Part shown: positions 36,564 to 43,919 of the stretch, one piece after another
How positions within the stretch are numbered: position 1 is the stretch's first letter
Layout of the letters: each line of letters begins with the position of its first letter
Virus record (IMG/VR): IMGVR_UViG_3300036766_000708
Coordinates: 1 to 52,227 of that record
Strand: one strand, 5' to 3'
DNA from: a virus
Taxonomy: Duplodnaviria > Caudoviricetes
Length of the DNA stretch: 52,227 nt
The notes under the pieces: generated by a model
Seen by the model: the letters and a program-made list of their open reading frames with translations, nothing else
Told to the model about the DNA's origin: nothing
Databases searched by the model: none
Position numbers and translations under genes: made by a program

Positions 36564-37318
36564 TAGCTCAATACCTCTCGAATGTGCGTGGCGATCACTT
36601 TCCCGACGCCAGGGACGTCCATCAGTTGCTTCTGGGTCGCGGACGCTAGTCGTCCCCACGTGCCGAAATGGTGTTCGATCGCCCGCCCCTTGTCCCAGCC
36701 GACGCCGTCGATCCCCGCGAGCATCTTCAGCATTTCGCTGGGGGGCGACATCATCACCTTGTCCGGGGGCGGGAGGTAGATCGCTTGGTGTGATCGGTGT
36801 TCCTGCAATTCCTTCGCCGTCCACCAGTGATACAGCGTCGCGAGAAAGCGGATCGTGTCCGCTCGCGTCTGGCAATGCCAGTACGACAACCCGCCGCGGA
36901 TCGTCTGCGTCAGGATCCAGGACTCGAGATCGTTGTACATGATCGCCCGCGTACCGACCTGCACCGGGAACCACCCGCGTTTCTTCGTCGCCGCGTCCCA
37001 GGTGTAGTGCAGGAGTACCCCATCATCGCTCTGTTTCCACATACCTTCCGTGAGCAACCATGCCCGGTCGTAAATCTTGTGCTCGTCCATCGCGAGGCCG
37101 TAGAGTTGATGGCCGGCGAAGCGACCCCCGAGCATGGACGAGACGACATCGCGGGATTCCTTGAGTTCGATGCCGATGAAGACGTCCGCACCGTCGATAC
37201 CTTTCCCGATGAAAGCCACGTCTCCAAAATCGAGATGGGTAAGATCCGCGGGTACCCCGTAGCGGTTGAGGGGTCCTAAAAGATCGCGAGATCCGATGCG
37301 TTCGTCCACAAGGAGCAT
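36563..37318 (-). CDS. ERCC4/XPF-family nuclease with C-terminal HhH pair
   Basis: LVDER, LDFGD, IELK...S...GRF..Q; IDGVG and VPGVG HhH motifs. Confidence 0.85.
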   Translation of the reverse strand: MLLVDERIGSRDLLGPLNRYGVPADLTHLDFGDVAFIGKGIDGADVFIGIELKESRDVVSSMLGGRFAGHQLYGLAMDEHKIYDRAWLLTEGMWKQSDDGVLLHYTWDAATKKRGWFPVQVGTRAIMYNDLESWILTQTIRGGLSYWHCQTRADTIRFLATLYHWWTAKELQEHRSHQAIYLPPPDKVMMSPPSEMLKMLAGIDGVGWDKGRAIEHHFGTWGRLASATQKQLMDVPGVGKVIATHIREVLS

Positions 37319-37875
37319 CAGGCGACAACTCGTCGTAGATGGGCGTAGCGATTGCGAATCTTGAGTAACCGCTCTGCGGTGGTGTACTTGAGGGTGATTA
37401 CTTTTGGATCCTCGTGGAGCGGCGTCCAATCCTCCCCGGCGACAAATCCTCGAACCGTCAACGCACACTGATGAGTCGAAATGTCGAATGACGACAACAC
37501 GTCGTCCACTTCTCCATTGACGATGATGATGTGATACGGAAGCGATCCTTGCGCGCTGACGGTAGCGACACGCCGGATCAATAACGACAGGTGATACCCC
37601 TCGAACGTGCTCGACACGAATATATCTCGCGACAATGAACGATCGAGTGCGAACTGTTCGCGTTTACTTCCTCTCCCGTCTTGCTCTTCGAAATTGAATC
37701 CATGCAGACGAAGATGCGATAGGATACGGGTGCGCGCAGCGTTCAAAACCGATACATCCCCAAGCACGGGAACCCAGACATCTACATCCGATGCCAGAGC
37801 AGGACAGGCGGCAAATCCCCCGGCAATGAACGCGATTTCTTGAAGATCAGATGGTAAAAGGTTGTTCGGTAGCAT
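37318..37875 (-). CDS. Pol-beta-superfamily nucleotidyltransferase (paralog 1)
   Basis: IAGG...SDVDVW; FDISTHQ; TTAERLLK. Confidence 0.7.
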   Translation of the reverse strand: MLPNNLLPSDLQEIAFIAGGFAACPALASDVDVWVPVLGDVSVLNAARTRILSHLRLHGFNFEEQDGRGSKREQFALDRSLSRDIFVSSTFEGYHLSLLIRRVATVSAQGSLPYHIIIVNGEVDDVLSSFDISTHQCALTVRGFVAGEDWTPLHEDPKVITLKYTTAERLLKIRNRYAHLRRVVA

Positions 37876-37884
37876 AAATGTCCT

Positions 37885-38070
37885 TTACTTCGAGTACCTG
37901 TTCGCCGCGTTGAACCCCTTGACGGTAAACGCCGGAGCCGCCGGGAGCCGTTCAACGACCGCGTTGCAAAAGTAACAACTCTGCTGGTCCTTGTCCTCGT
38001 CACGGACGATGCGCGTGACTCGATTGCAGCACTCCTCGTTCGTACACAGGTACTCGTACGTCTTCAGCAT
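37885..38070 (-). CDS. FmdB-like Zn-ribbon protein
   Basis: TYEYLC...C...CYFC...RL..APAF.VKGF. Confidence 0.75.
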   Translation of the reverse strand: MLKTYEYLCTNEECCNRVTRIVRDEDKDQQSCYFCNAVVERLPAAPAFTVKGFNAANRYSK

Positions 38071-38276
38071 CACGGACGCTCCGGTAGCGGTGCATGAGAT
38101 ATGAAACGCTGAATGAGTTGTTGCCAACCATCGGCACGATGGTGCCCTTCAACACGGCCGGAATACAATGTTTGTGATCGCTCGGGCGTTCCATCCCCGA
38201 CGAGAACAGTCACGGTGTAGTCGCTAATGGGTGCCAGTTCTGATACGTTCTGAAAGACTACAATGAGCGCCATCAC
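38070..38276 (-). CDS. Hypothetical protein
   Basis: Coupled overlaps at both ends. Confidence 0.65.
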   Translation of the reverse strand: MMALIVVFQNVSELAPISDYTVTVLVGDGTPERSQTLYSGRVEGHHRADGWQQLIQRFISHAPLPERP

Positions 38277-38512
38277 CGTTGCCCGGAGTTGAACACCGTG
38301 GTACCCCCGCCCGGATTGAACGACACCGGATTGAAGTCACTGCTGGTCTGGGGAACCATGACCCGTCTGTACAGGTAGTAGGTTCGTTTCACCTGGACGA
38401 GATTGATCGATCCGCTTGGGATTACCATCAAACTCGCCGGCTGTTCCTCCGCTTCCCAGACGCCGAGGATCTCCATTAGACCGTCCGGGTGTTGGAGCAC
38501 GATCCGTTTCAC
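38273..38512 (-). CDS. Hypothetical protein
   Basis: GGAG RBS, GTGA overlap. Confidence 0.65.
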   Translation of the reverse strand: MKRIVLQHPDGLMEILGVWEAEEQPASLMVIPSGSINLVQVKRTYYLYRRVMVPQTSSDFNPVSFNPGGGTTVFNSGQR

Positions 38513-38715
38513 GATTCATCCTCTCCGACGATTAACCGCAGTCTCCGCACCACCAGAACCAAATCCGGCGGGAGGTAGTCGTGTGAGATGTGATCGAGGA
38601 GTACCCGCACGTCCGCTTCAAAATGCTTGACGACGGTGGTGATCAGTGCCGGGGACGCGTCGAACTGTTCACGCGGAACGTCGTTAGCAAACTCAGGAAT
38701 GCTAGATACAGACAT
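38509..38715 (-). CDS. Hypothetical protein
   Basis: GAGGG RBS. Confidence 0.6.
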   Translation of the reverse strand: MSVSSIPEFANDVPREQFDASPALITTVVKHFEADVRVLLDHISHDYLPPDLVLVVRRLRLIVGEDES

Positions 38716-38725
38716 AGGGGGACCC

Positions 38726-39439
38726 TCACTGAACACTCCCCCCAAGGACCGGCTCGAAGATCACCACGCACGAGGGAAACGGTGCGGAGTCGAGTAGGTC
38801 CTTGTCCGGAACATCCTGCAAGATACGCTCCACGGCCATCTTCGGGAGTCCCGTGATGTCGACCATTGATTTCATCCAGGCGCGGTCGTCGAACTTCGGG
38901 CCTTCCGCGAGTGCCGCGTTGTGCTGTTCGGCGATCCAGGCGCGGAGGTCGTCGGACACTTTCAGTTCGAACTCCAACCGACCAGGGAGCAAGCGACCAC
39001 GGACACCGGGACGCCAGTCGCCGTCTTTATTGGTGATGACGCGTGTCGACTCCGGGTCAACTTTCGACGGTACTGTTTGTTCGACCCACGCGTCCTTGTC
39101 CCATATGTAGTTTTGCCACCACGCGGTATCGCTCCGCACCGGCAACAACATGACGACCGTCGTCCCCTTGTCCGCTTCCTCGCGCGCCTTTTTGATGAAC
39201 CGCCCCGCGATCGAGTACGGCGGATTCATCCAGACCGTGAACCCGACCCCACCCCAGTCCGTCGTCAGGGCATCCTCCGCGAGCGTCGACCCCGGCCCGT
39301 AGAACAACTCGCATTTCGCGTTTTCCGCACGGGCGGCGACGTCGAGATTGAAGTGAAACTCCGCGTTCAGGGCGTCGAAGGTCCCTTGTGGGGTCCCGCG
39401 TTCGTCGCCGGCTGATTGAAAGAACACCGGGTTATTCAT
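38726..39439 (-). CDS. Phage DNA N6-adenine methyltransferase (Dam-like)
   Basis: TPQ..FD.LNAEF.F.LDVAA...NAKC; WMNPPYS; GRLEF; APFPS. Confidence 0.9.
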   Translation of the reverse strand: MNNPVFFQSAGDERGTPQGTFDALNAEFHFNLDVAARAENAKCELFYGPGSTLAEDALTTDWGGVGFTVWMNPPYSIAGRFIKKAREEADKGTTVVMLLPVRSDTAWWQNYIWDKDAWVEQTVPSKVDPESTRVITNKDGDWRPGVRGRLLPGRLEFELKVSDDLRAWIAEQHNAALAEGPKFDDRAWMKSMVDITGLPKMAVERILQDVPDKDLLDSAPFPSCVVIFEPVLGGSVQ

Positions 39440-40218
39440 CACAACCCCCAATCGTCCGGCATACTTTCAGGGTAGGCCGTCATCGCCATGAGCGGCCAAT
39501 CGAGATCCGGGTACTCCTGATCTCTCGCTTCCGCGTTCGGGAACTTCCCGATCTTCGTTTTGTAGACACGCTCCGCCGGATCCCAACGGTGCGTGAGGGT
39601 GATGTCCACGAGTCCGGCAACCCCATTCCACCCGTCCGGAATGCGCTCGCCCGTGTTGTTCGGCACCATCTTGCCCTTGCCCGGATCGAACTTGCTGACC
39701 CACTTGTCCCGGTTCGTCCGGAGCAGTCCAAGGTTGACCCCCGCTGCCGCCGCTTCCTGGTACAGCGAGTTCATTTCGGTATTGAGCGGGCCGTATTCTT
39801 TCGGGGCATCGTTCTGCGCGCCGAAGTTCGCGTACCGAAGGACCTCGTACGCGATGTCCTCGCGATCGACCAGCACTGTCCGGACGTGATGCAAGGCGAC
39901 CCGGTAATCCGCGACAAATTTGTTCCACACCAGCATGGCCGCGTCGCCGAGCTGATTCTTCGATTGGCCCTTTTGCGGTTGGAAGATGTACCGCCCAATG
40001 CGGATGTCCTTGTTGATCTTCCGGGACTTCCTCACCCGGTTCATCCCGTACGCATCGAAGGCGCAGACGTAGATCGGGCCGGGGGCGGACAGGGCGAAAT
40101 CAGATTTCCCCGATCCCTCCTCGCCGTTGGACGCCCAGGAGAGATTGGACGGCGCGTCTTCGCTCAGCTTTTCGTAGCTCGCCCAATCGACGTTTTCATG
40201 GTTCTTCGCGGTCGCCAT
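39439..40218 (-). CDS. AAA_24/Sak4-like ATPase
   Basis: GEEGSGKSDFALSAPGP; recombination-module context. Confidence 0.7.
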   Translation of the reverse strand: MATAKNHENVDWASYEKLSEDAPSNLSWASNGEEGSGKSDFALSAPGPIYVCAFDAYGMNRVRKSRKINKDIRIGRYIFQPQKGQSKNQLGDAAMLVWNKFVADYRVALHHVRTVLVDREDIAYEVLRYANFGAQNDAPKEYGPLNTEMNSLYQEAAAAGVNLGLLRTNRDKWVSKFDPGKGKMVPNNTGERIPDGWNGVAGLVDITLTHRWDPAERVYKTKIGKFPNAEARDQEYPDLDWPLMAMTAYPESMPDDWGL

Positions 40219-40227
40219 GTCACTCCC

Positions 40228-40755
40228 TTAATGAACCTCGACGGGGTGTCCCGCCGGGTGGTACCGCTGTGTCAACTTCAACAACCGTGCCGCGGTGGTG
40301 GATCGGATGTGACTGACGGTGATCGGGTCACACTGCTGGGTACTGGTGTCGATCCCGTGAATGCGACCTTTCTCGTCGATCGCCCACGCGTGGACGGAGA
40401 GATCGAACGTTTCCAGCAACCCTTCCACACCGGACTTGAGCGAAGTCCGTCCGTTCCATCCCGTGATGTGGATCGGCTTCGGCGACCAGGAGGGGTGACA
40501 ACTTCCGAACCGGTAGAAATCGTCCGCGTGTCCACCTTCGTACGGCAGGTCCTCCGTGGGGGCTGGGATACCACCGCGCCAGTGTCCCCCCATCAGCGCC
40601 CGCCCCACGGACAGGACCGCCATACAGTCGCCGCTCAGGACAAACAGGTCGATGTCGCGGGCCTTTTCAAGATTCACTACCGCACCGCCGGCAATGACGC
40701 ACTTGACGTGTGTCGATTCGATCAGTGTGAAGATGGTTTGAAAGGTGGGGTTCAT
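40228..40755 (-). CDS. Pol-beta-superfamily nucleotidyltransferase (paralog 2)
   Basis: IAGGAV...RDIDLF; FDLSVH; TTAARLLK. Confidence 0.7.
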   Translation of the reverse strand: MNPTFQTIFTLIESTHVKCVIAGGAVVNLEKARDIDLFVLSGDCMAVLSVGRALMGGHWRGGIPAPTEDLPYEGGHADDFYRFGSCHPSWSPKPIHITGWNGRTSLKSGVEGLLETFDLSVHAWAIDEKGRIHGIDTSTQQCDPITVSHIRSTTAARLLKLTQRYHPAGHPVEVH

Positions 40756-40961
40756 TCAATCCCCGCCTTCCGCAGCAACGCCATCGCTGACTCGACGGAT
40801 GTCAAGATCGCTTCGTCGTTGATCAACCGCTGCCGGAGTACCCGCAGCGCCGACAACGTTTCTTCCGTTGTCGTCAGTGCCGCTCGCTGTGACTCCGCTC
40901 GCTGTTCCAATCCTGCGATCGTGCTCGTCATTCGCTGCCGCAGTGTTGATTCCCGCTCCAT
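40752..40961 (-). CDS. Coiled-coil protein
   Basis: GAGGAG RBS; ATGA coupling to NTase. Confidence 0.6.
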   Translation of the reverse strand: MERESTLRQRMTSTIAGLEQRAESQRAALTTTEETLSALRVLRQRLINDEAILTSVESAMALLRKAGIE

Positions 40962-41220
40962 TGGTGTGCTCCTCAATCATGCGGACGGTGAACTCGTTCT
41001 TGACCTTGCCCGGTACGATCTCCCAGCGGAGGGTATCGAGCCGGGACGTGACCTGATCGATCGTCCCCTGCGTGACGGTGACGTCGCCGCCGTGCTGTGC
41101 CAGTACCGCGAGGAGGATCAGTCCGGACTTCATGCCGTACTCGATCGCGATCTGGGCATTCCGCCGTGCTTGCCGGTTCGAGATTTTTTTGTGCCGAACG
41201 GGGATAGATGCGTTGTTCAT
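40756..41220 (-). CDS. Hypothetical protein
   Basis: ILLAVLAQHGGDVTV motif; C-terminal part overlaps next gene. Confidence 0.65.
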   Translation of the reverse strand: MNNASIPVRHKKISNRQARRNAQIAIEYGMKSGLILLAVLAQHGGDVTVTQGTIDQVTSRLDTLRWEIVPGKVKNEFTVRMIEEHTNGAGINTAAANDEHDRRIGTASGVTASGTDDNGRNVVGAAGTPAAVDQRRSDLDIRRVSDGVAAEGGD

Positions 41221-41384
41221 CGAAGCTTCCTTGCTTCGTCAATCGCTCCCGCAACGAACGACAGGAACGCGATAATAAACAGCGCCAGGATCGGCGCGAA
41301 CACCCAGTACCAGGAGTGAGGAAAATATCCCAGCAGTTTCGAGACGAGGAGGATGATCGTGACGTAATGCCAGAAAGTCATCAT
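41217..41384 (-). CDS. Small two-TM membrane protein (not in ORF track)
   Basis: KLLGYFPHSWYWVFAP; GAGGAGGT RBS. Confidence 0.7.
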   Translation of the reverse strand: MMTFWHYVTIILLVSKLLGYFPHSWYWVFAPILALFIIAFLSFVAGAIDEARKLR

Positions 41385-41397
41385 CGGCGTTACCTCC

Positions 41398-42009
41398 TCA
41401 CAGCATCCCGCGATTTCTCGCGTGTTGCATCAACATCGTCCAGTTCTCGTCGATCTCCGCTTGCGTGAACGTCACCAGATGACTCAGAAACATTGGCTCC
41501 ATACCCCCCGGCTTTTTCCGATCCCACTCCCCGTTGACGTGCAGGACCCGCATCAGGAATTTCCGTGTGTCCAGCCATTTCGCGTACCCTTTCATCTGTA
41601 AAAACCAGTGAAGAAACTTGTCCGTGGGCATCCCGTATTCGTCCGTGTACGGGGACGTGTTACCCTTGTAGATCCGACTCGACATCCGCGTGAATTTGTA
41701 TTCCTCGCCCGCGTCGTACGTGGGATTGATGCCATCGGGCGACATCCAGACGCCTTCCGGGGATACCAGTTCTCCCGGCCGGACGGTGGCAAACTTCTCA
41801 GCCAATCCGCGTTCCAGCATGTTCTCGAACACGAGTCCCATTTCGAGCGTCGTTTGATTGAACGGTTTCGATCGATCAAAGCGTTTCGGCTGCAACTGCG
41901 ACATGAAATCGCCGTAGATCGCGGAGAGATGCAGTCCCGGCGCACGGTTGGTCCCGGAGTTCCCCAATCTGGAGATCAAGTCCGGATCGTCGATCCGTTC
42001 GATGATCAT
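41398..42009 (-). CDS. PD-(D/E)XK (Cas4/exonuclease-like) nuclease
   Basis: HLS..., G..FE, SPDG, EYK, Q...Y. Confidence 0.75.
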   Translation of the reverse strand: MIIERIDDPDLISRLGNSGTNRAPGLHLSAIYGDFMSQLQPKRFDRSKPFNQTTLEMGLVFENMLERGLAEKFATVRPGELVSPEGVWMSPDGINPTYDAGEEYKFTRMSSRIYKGNTSPYTDEYGMPTDKFLHWFLQMKGYAKWLDTRKFLMRVLHVNGEWDRKKPGGMEPMFLSHLVTFTQAEIDENWTMLMQHARNRGML

Positions 42010-42110
42010 GCGAGGATCACCCACACGATCAGCGAGGTAAACAGGACGAGGAAAATGATCCCGCCGGCCAGTCCGAGGGTGATCGTGATAGTGAGGAGGA
42101 TGTCTTTCAC
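42006..42110 (-). CDS. Single-TM micro-protein
   Basis: MKDILLTITITLGLAGGIIFLVLF...; coupled overlaps. Confidence 0.5.
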   Translation of the reverse strand: MKDILLTITITLGLAGGIIFLVLFTSLIVWVILA

Positions 42111-42205
42111 GGGAGTCGCTCGAAATGGAAATCGCGAACGATACTCAGCAAGACCGCGAGTACCAGGACCGCAATCGCGACCATGCACAAGGCGAGTTTG
42201 ATCAT
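42107..42205 (-). CDS. Single-TM micro-protein
   Basis: MIKLALCMVAIAVLVLAVLLSI...; GAGGAG RBS. Confidence 0.5.
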   Translation of the reverse strand: MIKLALCMVAIAVLVLAVLLSIVRDFHFERLP

Positions 42206-42516
42206 CGAAAGCACTCCTCGAACGGCATGTCCGTCGCGTGGACCGATCCGTCTTTCTTGCCGACCGTGTAGAACCCGTGTTCGATCTTCCAGTCGTCCGC
42301 GTTGGCTTTCTGATCGTCGTGCTTCTCGCCACGGAGCTTCCCGTCCCTGCCGAAGCCGATCATCAGTGAGCACGTCGGCTGCACACAGGTCTGCGGGCGA
42401 TCGATCACCACTACCCCGTCTTGCTTGACGACGCCGTGAAAGTGAGCGGACCCATGCCCGCGTCGCGTCTTCGGAAGGAAATCGAGTAACCGTGGTCGAT
42501 ACAACAACGACGCCAT
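42202..42516 (-). CDS. Hypothetical protein
   Basis: ATGA coupling. Confidence 0.6.
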   Translation of the reverse strand: MASLLYRPRLLDFLPKTRRGHGSAHFHGVVKQDGVVVIDRPQTCVQPTCSLMIGFGRDGKLRGEKHDDQKANADDWKIEHGFYTVGKKDGSVHATDMPFEECFR

Positions 42517-42539
42517 GTGTGTGACTCACTCAGCAAAGG

Positions 42540-42625
42540 AGGGTGACGGTACTCGACGTTTGCACTCAGGGACGCTTATCCCCGCCGGCAAGACTCCATG
42601 CTCGCCAAACCGATCCCGTCACCCT
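42540..42625 (-). ncRNA. Candidate three-way-junction structured RNA
   Basis: Perfect 10-bp closing helix plus extension and two internal hairpins whose G.U pairs favour the - strand. Confidence 0.45.
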
Positions 42626-42637
42626 ATTCGTTGTGAA

Positions 42638-43543
42638 CTACGCCGCCGCCGGGAGCGAGACGATCTGCGGTTTCGCCGCCGGGTCGTAGACCACGATGCC
42701 GAGTTCCGCGAGTTCGGACAGGTACGTCTCGTCCGTGCCACGCTTGGCAATGTCGTTGCGGTTGGGTTCATTTCCGGCAAGTGCCGCACGAGACAACAGC
42801 AACGTCAGATTCGACCGCTGCACAGAGTTACCCTTCGCCGCCTTCAGGACGGTTTCGAGGTACTGCGATGTGACCGTGTCGAGATCACCCGCTGCGACCG
42901 CGCCATTGCCTTTTGTTGCACCCGCCGGAGCGGACATCGCCGGAGCTGCCGCTTTCGTGGATGCGGTCGTGGTCGTGGTCGCCGATGCTCCTGTCCCCGC
43001 CTTCTCGTCGAGCAGCTTCACGCACACGAGCGTCGAGGGAGGGAACTTGGATTTCTTCTGACCGGGGCGGGTTCTCGCGTCTTCCCCGAAGTTCCGTTCC
43101 TTGTCGGCGATACGCTTGAAGTGGCCGTAAAGTCCGCTGCCCGCGGTCAGGGCCGACATATCACCCGCCTGGGTGATCGTGGTCGAGACGCCGGAGGTTT
43201 CCAGCACGCTCATGAACGTGCCAAACTTCGAGTCCTTGCGAATCGCGGGCTCGACGATGCCCTCAACCGGCACCAACCCGAAGCCGTCATCGCCGATCGT
43301 GAAGTTGTCGCCGGCCGACGCACCGAGCGAGTACGACTGACTGACGGTACGGTCGTCCGCAGGGCCATCTCCATCAAGCAGGTACCCGATGACCGCGAAG
43401 ATGGGATTCCCCTCTGCGGCGTACCCTTCCGGCGGTTCCTTCGTGAACTTGAATCCGACGATATGGGCGTTGACATTGTCGAAGAGGTTGGTCCCTTCCT
43501 TCATGTCTGCCGACGCGAGTGAGGCGTACTTCTGTTTGCTCAC
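42638..43543 (-). CDS. Probable single-stranded DNA-binding protein
   Basis: AGGAG RBS; beta-rich N domain, Ala/Thr linker; replication-module position; no decisive motif. Confidence 0.5.
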   Translation of the reverse strand: MSKQKYASLASADMKEGTNLFDNVNAHIVGFKFTKEPPEGYAAEGNPIFAVIGYLLDGDGPADDRTVSQSYSLGASAGDNFTIGDDGFGLVPVEGIVEPAIRKDSKFGTFMSVLETSGVSTTITQAGDMSALTAGSGLYGHFKRIADKERNFGEDARTRPGQKKSKFPPSTLVCVKLLDEKAGTGASATTTTTASTKAAAPAMSAPAGATKGNGAVAAGDLDTVTSQYLETVLKAAKGNSVQRSNLTLLLSRAALAGNEPNRNDIAKRGTDETYLSELAELGIVVYDPAAKPQIVSLPAAA

Positions 43544-43579
43544 GGTAACTCCTGGATAGGTGGTTGACGGGCTGCACGT

Positions 43580-43614
43580 GTGAATCAGTGATGTACTAAG
43601 CAGCTTCTATGCCA
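43580..43614 (-). promoter_or_regulatory. Sigma54-like element plus TCACTGATTCAC upstream of SSB gene
   Basis: TGGCATAGAAGCTGCT (43614-43599) followed by the motif. Confidence 0.4.
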
Positions 43615-43634
43615 CTTCAGGAGAGTCAGTGATG

Positions 43635-43883
43635 TTAGATGGATTCGCCACGCTGCAATAAGGTCCGGAGTCGTTCGAGTTCGAGGACCGCCCGGACGAC
43701 GGTACCACTGACATCAGCCCCTTCGTGTGTGACGAGCGCGTGTAGCGGAAGGGATTTGAGCGCCTGTTCGACATCGCCCAACCCGCGAGCAATTGCATGG
43801 ATGCGGACCTTGATCATCGGTACCGCCAACAAGCTGATGCGGCTATCGCGGGAATCGAGCGACGGGGATCCGGGTCCGGGCAC
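43635..43883 (-). CDS. Hypothetical protein
   Basis: GAGGT RBS. Confidence 0.5.
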   Translation of the reverse strand: MPGPGSPSLDSRDSRISLLAVPMIKVRIHAIARGLGDVEQALKSLPLHALVTHEGADVSGTVVRAVLELERLRTLLQRGESI

Positions 43884-43919
43884 CGTGTAACCTCAGTGTG
43901 AATGATTCACTGATGGGGA

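Noticed and set aside
39388-41319. 643-aa + strand ORF and similar long antisense ORFs (e.g. 6884-8101, 17197-18357, 19266-20342, 42515-43522)
   Set aside because: Shadow frames of well-supported opposite-strand genes in GC-rich DNA; no motifs
41398-42009. CRISPR-associated Cas4
   Set aside because: No Fe-S cysteines and no cas context; ordinary phage PD-(D/E)XK nuclease
42540-42625. Hammerhead or pistol ribozyme, or tRNA
   Set aside because: No CUGAnGA/GAAA core, pistol pseudoknot or T-loop in the right positions, despite UAAGCG and GUGCAA look-alikes
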